From Lama guanicoe (Eukaryota), in contig MU053085.1 of assembly GCA_013239625.1 (NCBI GenBank), positions 62,001 to 85,807 of the forward strand: a stretch of 23,807 bases of DNA, written 5' to 3'. This document shows, in pieces, positions 1-9,495 of this stretch. Made by a program: the position numbers and the translations under genes. The notes beneath the pieces are model-generated. The model searched no databases. It worked only from the letters and a program-made list of their open reading frames with translations, and had not been told where the DNA came from. Position 1 is the first letter of the stretch. Every line of letters starts with the position of its first letter.

Positions 1-586
1 TCATTTTCCCATGACACTAGCAGAAACTGGAGGGCAAGACCTTTTCAAATACTTTTATGGATTTTTCCTTTTTGAAACTTATGTAGATATTTGCAGCATA
101 TCTTCTTGCGAAGGTCATCATCATTTGCTAATGCCAGTTCCTCACTTGCCAATCTTTCTTAAATCAACTCTTTTTCAAATCAGCAGCCTACATTCCCACT
201 ATTCTTCTGAAATTGCTCTTTTCAAGGGCATCTATCACCTTCATGTTGCTTAAACCACTGGTCAATTTGTAGTCCTCATATTAGTTGATCTGAAAGCTAC
301 ATTTGTCATTGATCATCCTTCTCCTTGAAACATACTTCATTGGTTTCCAGGACACACACTTGCCTGCTTCTTTCCTACTTCATTGGCTACTTCTTCTCTT
401 TAGGCTGCTTTGCTGACTCCTCCTCATATTCCTAATCTCTTGACACTAGGGCCCCTCAGAGTCCAATCTTTTCTCTTCCCTAGCTACCCTCACTCCCTTG
501 GTGGTTACTTCTGTTCTCAAAGTTTCTGCTTCTCACATCTCTCACCTCCTGAACCTCCCAGATGATACCCAGATTTACATTTCCAT
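1..586. repeat. Local duplication, copy 1 (runs off the left edge of the window)
   Basis: Reads identical to 2129-2714 (offset 2128). ORF 11..253 encodes the same peptide as the C-terminal 80 aa of ORF 2088..2381. Confidence 0.97.
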
Positions 587-1159
587 TATGGGTCATTCCA
601 CTAACTCTAGGGTCATCTATTCGGATGCTTACCAACTGTCTCTTCAGTAAGTTCCTCAAATTTAACGTATTTGAATCTAAGCTCCTATTCTTTCTCTTTC
701 CTAAGTTTGTTCATAGTTTTCTCCATCTCATTTAACAAACTTAACTTCTCATTTGCTCAGACCTCTCTCACACCCAACATTCAAGCCCCAAGGAAATCCT
801 TCTGAACTCAGCTTCAGAATATTTGCCTGAGTACTCATCCCCATAGCCTTTGCCCTCATCAAAGCCGCCATCACTTGGGTCACTGAAAGAGCCTACTCAG
901 TGGGCTCCAGGCTTTTATCCTTGCCCTCCTGCAAAGTAGTTATCCCTTTAAGATGTAAGACATCACATTCCTCTGATTAAAAATTCACAATGGCTTCCCA
1001 CCTCAGAGTAAAAACCAATGTTATTACACAAGCCGCCAAGGCCATTCATAATCTTCTACCTCCACCCTTTCACTCTGACCTCATCTTCTAATACTGCACT
1101 TCTCCGGACTCACAGACCTCCCCACTGCTCCTTGTTTAATAAGCAAGACACTCCCTCAC
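160..1159 (+). mobile_element. L2 (LINE-2, L2a-like) ORF2/RT-derived fragment, degenerate
   Basis: Peptide SSLHSHYSSEIALFKGIYHLHVA resembles L2 RT 'SGFRPHHSTETALVKVTNDLHVA'. Following DNA 'ggtcaatttgtagtcctcatatta...ccttctccttgaaacatac...ggtttccaggacac' follows the L2 consensus, as does later 'catcacattcctctgattaaaaattcacaatggcttccc'. Confidence 0.88.
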
Positions 1160-1662
1160 TGTATTAATTTTCTACTGCAGCTGTAAAATATTATCACAAA
1201 ATTAGTGATTTAAAGCAACACAAATTTATTATCTTATATTTTTGTAGGTCACAAGTCTGACACAGGTCTCACTGGTCTAAAATTAAGATGTTGGGATGTC
1301 TGTGTTCTCTTCTGGAGGCTGTAGAGGCAAATCCATTTCCTTTCCTTTTCCAGCTTTTAGAGGTCACCCACATTCATTGGCTTTTGGTGCTTTTTCTCCA
1401 ACTTCAAACAAAAATGATTACATCTCTCTGATCCATCTTCCATAGTCGCATATCCCTGTGACCATAGCCGGGAAAGGTGCTTTGATTTTAAGAACCCAGT
1501 GTGGTTAAATTGGACCCACTTGGATAATCTCTTCATCTCAAGGTTGGTAACCTTATTAATATCTGCAAATTCCCTTTTGCTATGTAAGTGAAACACACTT
1601 AAGGTTCCAGGAATTAGGATGTGGATATCTTTGGGAGGAGGGCCATTATTTTACTTAGCATG
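1160..1662 (-). mobile_element. MLT1D-like MaLR solo LTR inserted in L2
   Basis: Starts 'tgtattaattttcta...aagcaacacaaatttattatct' and ends 'ggacccacttggataatctc...atctgcaaattcccttttgctatgtaag...ggatatctttgggaggagggccattatt'. Length 503 bp, with a 5-bp TSD carrying one mismatch (ctcac 1155-1159 / ctcat 1663-1667). Confidence 0.9.
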
Positions 1663-1740
1663 CTCATCTCTTTTAATATTTGCTCATAGATCACTTTTCC
1701 TATTTAGATCCACCACTACCACAGTATTCCTTCCCTTACA
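1663..1740 (+). mobile_element. Probable continuation of L2 after MLT1D
   Basis: 'ctcatctcttttaatatttgctcatagatcacttttcc' resembles L2 'ctcacctccttcaggtctttgctcaaatgtcaccttctc'. It lies just after the MLT1D TSD. Confidence 0.55.
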
Positions 1741-1742
1741 TT

Positions 1743-1882
1743 ATACATATATTCATTGTTGCATTCTTTTTCACTGTGAGCTACCACAAAATCTTGTATA
1801 TATTTCCCTGTGCTGTACAGTATAATTTTATCTATTCTATATATACTTGTCAGTATCTACAAATTTTGAGTTCCAGTCTGTC
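1743..1882 (-). mobile_element. Young lineage-specific (camelid-type) L1 3'UTR internal fragment, no poly(A), no TSD
   Basis: 'catatattcattgttgcattctttttcactgtgagctaccacaaaatcttgtatatatttccctgtgctgtacagtataat...gtcagtatctacaaattttgagttccagtctgtc' matches the reverse complement of the camelid L1 3'UTR as recalled. Confidence 0.8.
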
Positions 1883-2128
1883 ACCTTGTTTCTTTTTAAT
1901 TTGGTATTTAGACATATTTTTTGGTAGACAAAATGATTATTATTTTTTTTACAATTTAAAAATGATTCTAGGTTTTAAATTCGAAAGGCTTTCTCTAACC
2001 TAAGCATATGTTTTCTTCTATTGGCATAACAAGGTATAAAAATAAGATCAAAGCCAATATCTAAAATTTCAATGTCTCCAGGTTAGCATGTTTCATACCA
2101 ACACTGGTGGAGGGCTAAATTTGTGTCC

Positions 2129-2714
2129 TCATTTTCCCATGACACTAGCAGAAACTGGAGGGCAAGACCTTTTCAAATACTTTTATGGATTTTTCCTTTT
2201 TGAAACTTATGTAGATATTTGCAGCATATCTTCTTGCGAAGGTCATCATCATTTGCTAATGCCAGTTCCTCACTTGCCAATCTTTCTTAAATCAACTCTT
2301 TTTCAAATCAGCAGCCTACATTCCCACTATTCTTCTGAAATTGCTCTTTTCAAGGGCATCTATCACCTTCATGTTGCTTAAACCACTGGTCAATTTGTAG
2401 TCCTCATATTAGTTGATCTGAAAGCTACATTTGTCATTGATCATCCTTCTCCTTGAAACATACTTCATTGGTTTCCAGGACACACACTTGCCTGCTTCTT
2501 TCCTACTTCATTGGCTACTTCTTCTCTTTAGGCTGCTTTGCTGACTCCTCCTCATATTCCTAATCTCTTGACACTAGGGCCCCTCAGAGTCCAATCTTTT
2601 CTCTTCCCTAGCTACCCTCACTCCCTTGGTGGTTACTTCTGTTCTCAAAGTTTCTGCTTCTCACATCTCTCACCTCCTGAACCTCCCAGATGATACCCAG
2701 ATTTACATTTCCAT
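2129..2714. repeat. Local duplication, copy 2 (contains the same L2 fragment, ~2288-2714)
   Basis: Identical to 1-586. The copies diverge after 'atttacatttccat': copy 1 continues tatggg, copy 2 continues actagc. Confidence 0.97.
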
Positions 2715-3165
2715 ACTAGCTGGGGAAAGAAGGCAGGAAAGGGAAGTAAAAGACATAAATTAGAAAGGAAGAAATATACTGTCCCTATTTGCAAGTGACA
2801 TGATAGTCTATGTACAAAATTCAAGGAAATCTACAAAAAACTTCAAGATAAAAAGTGAGTTCAGGAATTTAGAATATAAAATAAACATTCAAAAATCAAT
2901 TATGTTTCTGAATGTTAACAATGAAAATGTAGAAACCAAAGTTATATAAAAATACCATTTACATCCATTCAAAATTAGTTGTAAATTTAATAAAACCTGC
3001 AGGACTTGTATACTGAAAACTACAAAACACTGATGAAATAAATCAAATGAAGAAACAAACCATGTCCATTGATTGAAAGACTCAACATAGTAGAGCATTG
3101 CAAAGATGTCATTTCTCCCCAAATTAACATACAGATCCTATAAATATCTCAGGGAGATTTTTTAT

Positions 3166-3286
3166 AGATGTAGACAACATTATATTGAAAAGTGAAGGAA
3201 CTAGAATAGCTTAAATGATTTTCAAAAAAGATGTAGACTATATTGAAAAGTGAAGGAACTAGAATAGCTTAAATGATTTTCAAAAA
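3166..3286. repeat. Tandem duplication of ~60 bp inside L1
   Basis: agatgtagac(aacat)tatattgaaaagtgaaggaactagaatagcttaaatgattttcaaaaa occurs twice (3166-3228, 3229-3286). The second copy lacks aacat. Confidence 0.95.
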
Positions 3287-4531
3287 GAAGCATAAAGTGG
3301 GAGAACTCACTCTACCTGAGTTCGAGAATGATGATATACCACAGAAACCAAGACTGTGGTGGTCCTGGTGAAAAGAGAGGCCCAGAGATCATTTGGAGAA
3401 ATAAAGAACTTAGAAATAAACCCTGACAAATACAGTCAACTGATTTTTTTCTAAAGGTGTAAAAGCAATTCAATGAAAAATGAATAATCTTCATAATAAA
3501 CAGTGCTGGAGCAATTGGATGTCCACAAGCAAAAAACAAAACAAACAAAAAAAAACCCACAAAAGTTTCAATGTAAGCCTCACATGTTATACAAATACTA
3601 ACTTAAACTGATTAATATGTTTAAATGTGAAATGTAAAACTATAAACATTTTGAAGATGACATAGGAGAAAATTTTCAGTACCTAAAGTGAAGATTTATT
3701 AAGGACAACACAAAAAGCATTATTCACACAAAAAATGATAAATTAAACTTTATCAAAATTATAGACTTTTGCTGTAGGAAACCTTATTAAGAAAATTGAA
3801 AAGACAAAAGAAGACTTACAGACTGAGAGAAAATATTTGCAAGTGATATATCTGACAGCAGACTCACATGTAAAATATATAATGAACTTTCAAAAATCAA
3901 TATAAAAATAGCAAATAATCTAATTAGAATAGCATAGAGAATAAGAGAAATTTCACTGACAGGAGTACATTATGGCAAATTAGTACATGAAAAAATGTTT
4001 AATGTCACTAGCCATTAGCGAAATACAAACTTAGATAACAATGATGTATTAAGCCACACCTCTTAGAACAGCTTAAATAAGAACTAGTGACAATACCAAA
4101 TCAGCATTTGGGAAGAATGTGGGGCAAGTGGATCTCTCATATATTGCTGGTGGGGATATAAAATGGTATAGACATTTGAAAACAGTTTGGCAGTTTCTTA
4201 AAAGAACTAAATATACATTTATTATAAAATCCAGCAATAGTATTTCTGGGCATTTATTGCACATTTATTGGAAATTTATGTCTACACAAAAACCTGTACA
4301 CAGTTATTTGTAGATGCTTTATTTGTAATAGCCCCAAACTAGAAGCAACCAAACTGTCCCTTGGGAGGTGATGGTTAAACAAATTGTGGTACATCCATAC
4401 CATGGAATATTACTCAGTAGTGATCAGGAATGCCTGCACACCTTGGATGGATTTCAAGGACATTACAATGAATGAAAAAAGCCAATCTCAAGAGATCACA
4501 TGCAACATAATTCCCTTTATATAACATTCTT

Positions 4532-4581
4532 TTTACAACATTTTTTATTGATTTATAATCATTTTACAATGTTGTGTCAAA
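4532..4581 (-). mobile_element. 50-bp extreme 3' end of a young (camelid-type) L1 with 16-bp TSD
   Basis: Insert 'tttacaacattttttattgatttataatcattttacaatgttgtgtcaaa' is flanked by the perfect direct repeat tttatataacattctt (4516-4531, 4582-4597). Confidence 0.88.
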
Positions 4582-4880
4582 TTTATATAACATTCTTGAA
4601 ATGACAGAGTTATAGAAATGGGAAAACAGATTAGTGGCTACCAAGGGTTAGGGATGGTGTTCAGCAGAGAATGTGAGCACGACTGTGAGGAAATAGCATA
4701 AGGGAGATGTTTGTGCTGGTGGAATATTTCTGTTTCTTGATTGCAGTCATGCTTATACAAATCTATACACTTAATAAAATGGAAAAAGCCCAGTAAAGAC
4801 TTGCTTTCAGATAAGTCTAGATCTGGAGTAATGATGTAAATTGAATCATAGAGTTTGTCCCCACCTGGAGGAAAGAAATA

Positions 4881-4948
4881 TGAGCATGCCTTGAAGACAT
4901 TGTGGGTTTGATTCCAGACTACCACAATAAAGTGAATATCACAATAAA
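4881..4948 (-). mobile_element. Tigger1 terminal fragment (one TIR end)
   Basis: 'tgagcatgccttgaagacattgtgggtttgattccagactaccacaataaagtgaatatcacaataaa' vs Tigger1 end 'caggcatacctcggagatattgcgggttcggttccagaccaccgcaataaagcgaatatcgcaataaa'. It is preceded by TA and is homologous to ~13044-13110 in this window. Confidence 0.85.
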
Positions 4949-5221
4949 AATGATACAGAACTATCCATGCACATAGTACTAATGTCCAATTCCTAATTAT
5001 AATATTATGCTATAATTATGTAAGATGCAGCTAGTGGGGAAACAGAGTGAAGGGCACATGGGTCCTCCTGATTGCTACTTTTGCAGTTTCCTGTTTAATC
5101 TATATTTTAAAATAAAAGTAAAAAAAATACATGTTTTATTCCAGTGCATCATGGTTATCTAAAGAAAATACAGAGCCAAATATGCTTTTTAGAGATGTAG
5201 TGCCACTTATTTTGAAAACTA

Positions 5222-5542
5222 TTTTTTATTGAGGAGAAATCACATAACATTAAAAAATAACTATTTTAAAGCATACAGCTCAGGGGCTTTTAAGTACACA
5301 AAGCTGTGCAATCATCACCACTATCTAGGTCCAAATCATTTCATCAGCCTGAAGGGAGACCCTGTACTCATTAAGCACTCACCACTGTTATCTACTCCCC
5401 TCTACCTGCAGCCCCTGGAAAGCCAGTCATCTACTTGCAATCTCTACTACAGATTTACCTGCTCTGGATATTTCATATAAGTGAAATCATACAATATATG
5501 ACCTTTGTCACATGCTTCTTTCACTTGGCATAATGTTTTGAA
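5222..5542 (-). mobile_element. L1MB-like 3' end
   Basis: T-rich start, then 'gctgtgcaatcatcaccactatctag...accctgtactcattaagcactcacc...ctggatatttcatataagtgaaatcatacaatatatgacctttg...cttctttcacttggcataatgtttt'. Confidence 0.88.
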
Positions 5543-5573
5543 CCCAGTACCTTACAGTTCCTTATTTTTTAAA

Positions 5574-5668
5574 GCTCTGCTTTCTTCATCTGTGAAATGG
5601 GTATGATATGCTTGTTTTAAGTGTTAAATTTGATAATATATGTAAAGTGATTGACATACAATAAATAG
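5574..5668 (+). mobile_element. MIR fragment (core/3')
   Basis: 'gctctgctttcttcatctgtgaaatgggtatgata...gataatatatgtaaagtg' matches the MIR core. Confidence 0.7.
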
Positions 5669-5856
5669 AATCTTTAACTTTTCTTGATAGCTTTCATTTC
5701 CAACTATCACAACTTTCCTTTATTCTAACTGGCTGTCAAATTCTGTTCTTCTTGTTGGTTAACAAATAAGGAAATGTATGTTAAAAATCAAGAAGATAAT
5801 TAATTTGGGAGTTCAGCTGAAGCTCTCAAAGAACTGACTGAGGGTATTTACTGGTT

Positions 5857-6071
5857 GTATGTAGTGGGTAAAAGCTTCAGCTCTGGAGTCAGAAAACCCA
5901 GGGTTTGTGTTCTGTCTGAAACTTCTCTAAGTTTGTTTTCCTCTGTAAAGTGATGGTAATAAGAGTTCCTACACACTGAGTTACTGTGATTGTAACAGAA
6001 CAGATAATGCAATGCAGGGATTAGACAGTCCTGGGCATGTCTTAGGTACTCAATAAATGTTAACTATTATT
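5857..6071 (+). mobile_element. MIR
   Basis: 'gtagtgggtaaaagcttcagctctggagtcagaaaacccagggttt...ttttcctctgtaaagtgatggtaataag...taggtactcaataaatgttaactattatt'. Confidence 0.85.
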
Positions 6072-7838
6072 AATCTGAGGGGTAGTTGATTCCTAACTGC
6101 TCCTTTAAATATTAACTCTCATTTTCCTCTTTGAGCTGATGTGTTTTTATAGTTCTTTGAGGTATGTCAGGAAGGAATGTAAATTCCCCATGGGGAATGC
6201 AACTCTGGAGAAGAAATTTGTTTATTGTTTCTTCAACACTCTTCTAAATGCAAGACTGAGAAGGAGTGAAGAGTTACTCTTCAGACAGTAAATAACTTCA
6301 CTATTATTTCCATTGTGAGAATCAAGAGAAGAGATGTTGAAACTCTTGGTCAATCATTAGTTTCCTTTTCAGACCCTCACTTGGGCACTTCTGTCAGTGG
6401 ACAGCATTACAAACAGGGCTGCCAGTCCCCCTCTGTGGCTTCCTGATTGGGATGTAGGGAAGGCCTTCACATGCTCTCTGGCAGTGTAAGTGCAGACACC
6501 TCTATTCAAAAGCTTTTTTGTTTTTTGTAATTTTAATTTGATTACAGAATGGAAACCATCCCCAGATGCTCTGGATGTGATGCCAACTGATCTTGAGGCA
6601 CTGCAGCATCTACAACAGTCTTTTCCACAAATATATTAACAGGAGGTGTTTCTTCATTCAGTTTGCAGGAAAGGATGACTCTGCTGCTGATAGCACTCAG
6701 TCATGTTTCCTAAAGTTTGGTACACATCCCACGGGGGCTATGAAATATTTGATGGGTGCTGAATGGACAGGCACTTATTTTAATATTCAGTGTTTAATAT
6801 ACATTAGGAAAAAGCACACATGCTTGTTTTCCCAGATACTCTTGTTTAAAGCAAATCTAAGATACATAGAAAGCTTAAAATTTGAGGTAAGGAAATATTA
6901 GGTGAACAATAGTATAAGGGGCATGTATGCAGTTTTGATAAATACAGTGAAGGTGAATGTGATACAAATTCAGGAAACGTGTTGTAAAATATGCAGGCTG
7001 TTTAGTGCCTTAGGAGCTAAAAATGATCCATCTGTATATATCACAAGTAGGGGAACATTTAGTTGTAGAGAATGAAATGGCTATGACAGTCTTTTCTAAT
7101 TTTTCATTCATGTATGGTTATCTTCTATACCAGCTTCCCTTTACTTGTCGCAATTCTCCCCTTTAAAGAGTTTACTAATTATAAAAGAAAGATAAAGAGG
7201 AAAGAACCAACACACATATTCAGTGAAAAAGAAAGTGTAAATTTTTGGATTAATGGGTACTTCATTTAAGATGGCCATTAATATGACCAGACTTTCTTGT
7301 CAATTTATGAAGTAAGAGCCTGGCTCAAGCCATTATATTTTCACATGTTTTATATAGCACTGGAATTTATTTTGTAACTTAATGGCCAGATTCTTAATCT
7401 TATTGGATCCTGAAGGGAAGCAAAATTAGTACTGGAAAAAAATAAATAAAATGTTTTCTTTGCTTATGTGCAAGTCATGCCAAGCTATGTTTCATGTAAG
7501 ATTAATAGTAGAATGTTTCAGTTCTTTTTTATCAGAAGCAAAAACTGGCTACTTTATCTCCCCAATCCAGGAAACAGAATGGAGTGATATATGCCACAAG
7601 TCCAGGCATAAAATAAGCTCTTGAAATTAAGGTCTTCTAAGTTGAATTGGCCAGAAATGAGTCAGAGAACAAGTCATGGTGATGAAGCCATAAATGGCAT
7701 CCACATTGCTACCATGGTTTCCAAGGAATAATATTCTCATCATACTACCAAATGCCACTGGTTTATATGTCTGCCCAACTATTGTCTCTGTGAAGTAGTA
7801 TATATATATATATTTTTTACTAAATTGTTTTCAACTTG

Positions 7839-7940
7839 TTTCATTTGTTCAACAAATATTTATTGAGCACCTTTGATGTGTCAGGCACTCACTCTTTGTA
7901 GCAGTGAGGAAAACCACTGAAATCCCTGCCCTCAAGGAAA
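7839..7940 (-). mobile_element. L2 3' end
   Basis: 'ttcatttgttcaacaaatatttattgagcacctttgatgtgtcaggcac...atccctgccctcaagga'. Confidence 0.85.
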
Positions 7941-8147
7941 CCAGAGGTGTTTATGTGAACTATCATTGTGAACATGATTACCTTCCTACATTAAAATGTA
8001 CTTCTTAAATATTCTTATTTTCAAGAGGTTCAGAAGTGATTGTAAACAATTAAGAAATGATCGGGAATAGAGTTAGGTCATAAAATTCAGTTAAACAAGT
8101 TTAGAGGTAGCGCACAAGAAAGTGAACTCACATTTAAAGACAACAAG

Positions 8148-8338
8148 AATGAACATTTAGAGCACTTGATATGCTCTGGACACTTTGCTCAGCACTCTGT
8201 ATTTATTATCTCATTTAATCTTCACATCTCCCTTATATAAGTGGCACTATATTATCACCCTCATTTTATGGATGAGGACACTGAACTTAGAACAATTGAA
8301 TGTCTTGTCCAATGTAATCCAAGCTTGTTTAATGGCAT
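8148..8338 (-). mobile_element. MIR
   Basis: 'aacatttagagcacttgatatg...attatctcatttaatcttcaca...attatcaccctcattttatggatgaggacactgaacttaga...cttgtccaatgtaatcca'. Confidence 0.85.
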
Positions 8339-9092
8339 AAATAAAAAATAAAAACAAAAGGAAAGCAATCTGCCCCCCACCTTAACCACCATAGCACAGT
8401 TCATCCATCCTGGCAGGGGGAAAGAGAAAAAATTAGATTAACACAGAGTATGAATACAAGAGTAAAAGTCAAAAAATGGTAGATTTTAGAAAAATTCAGG
8501 GATCCTATTTCCATATTTTTATCTGAGTTTGCAATATTTGTGATTGATCCGCCCCCACCTCCCCATCTCTGACAACAGGTTGTCACATATTTCTAACCAC
8601 AAATGCAAAATCACAGAAAGTTCTGTATTTTCAAGCCACTGCCCAATGGAGGGCACTTATCAGCTTTGGCTACAAGGATTAGCCACCACTCAAGTGCTAC
8701 TGGATACAAGAGTCTTCAAATGGGGATTCCAGCCATTCCTTTCAAATACATACTAATTCTGAGTTTTGGAGAACATGTAAAATAGGTATTTTTTCTTGAA
8801 TTTGGAAAAGTTAGGGGAGAGAAGCCGTTGTGTTTTTCTCTCCTCTAGGGATTAAGACTTAATGTAGGGAAAAAAGCAAAGGAGACAGTAGATGCAAAGT
8901 GGTCTATATGGGTTTTCCTGTGATAAAATCTCATTGCACTGGGTCTCCAGTGGAAATCTTCCTCCATCCTGGTGGGAAGGGAGTGCTGGCATCTGCACGT
9001 GTGCTGGGTACCTTCTCCAGCTGCTAGTTTACTTTTCTCACTTGGGTTCTTGTAGAAGTTACCTCCACTGTGGAATTAACAAGTAACCTCAC

Positions 9093-9264
9093 CCTGAAAA
9101 GTATTTCTGCAGCGTTTCTTGGTTGGTTCTTCAACCACAACAATGCTCGTGAGAGGCTGGGAGTGTTAGGTTCTGTTCCGCTGCCACTTCTGGGATTTGC
9201 TTTGAAATCTGTGGACTCTGAGTCTATTATGTGTCTCTCCAGAAAGTGGGTGAGGTTTTGGGAC
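9093..9264 (-). other. Candidate internal exon (172 bp), unverified
   Basis: Minus strand: acceptor ...ttttcatgtgctgatcttgcctAG|GTCCC and donor TTCAGG|GTGAGG. One frame is open (SQNLTHFLERH...NAAEILFR). The sequence is non-repeat and I recognise no homology. Confidence 0.25.
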
Positions 9265-9367
9265 CTAGGCAAGATCAGCACATGAAAACCTCCAAGAGAG
9301 AATAATACTTTCCTGTCTTTAGATCTCTTCATCAAGGATAAAGGTGAGTGAGTCAGCCAGACAGCTG

Positions 9368-9495
9368 AATCACAAATACTTTTCAGTTGCCTCCTATGTG
9401 CCAGGAAGAGGGGACAGAGCGACCAATGGCTGGCACAGCCCCAGCCTGAGGGAGGCTCTCACCTAGTGTGGAAGACCGACATGGAATAGGTGACT
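9368..9495 (-). mobile_element. L2 3' end (degenerate)
   Basis: 'cacaaatacttttcagttgcctcctatgtgccagg...cacagccccagcctgagggaggctctcacctagtgtggaagaccgac'. Confidence 0.6.

Larger units (their letters stand above)
2716..5127 (+). mobile_element. 5'-truncated ancient L1 (L1MC-like): ORF2 RT/C-terminal remnant plus 3'UTR and A-rich tail
   Basis: 'ctgtccctatttgcaagtgacatgatagtctatgta' encodes LFASDMIVY (L1 RT LFADDMIVY). Also present are 'ggtacatccataccatggaatattactcag', the L1MC-type 3'UTR 'aacagattagtggctaccaagggttagggatgg' and the terminal 'aaaataaaagtaaaaaaaa'. Many stops and frameshifts. Confidence 0.93.

Noticed and set aside
11..2381. Twin ORFs 11..253 and 2088..2381 as duplicated genes
   Set aside because: They are identical only because of the DNA duplication. 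Their C-terminus is decayed L2 reverse-transcriptase sequence and there is no gene structure.
2889..5480. Several 60-95 aa ORFs within the L1 elements
   Set aside because: They are antisense or broken-frame pieces of degenerate L1 ORF2/3'UTR and are not functional.
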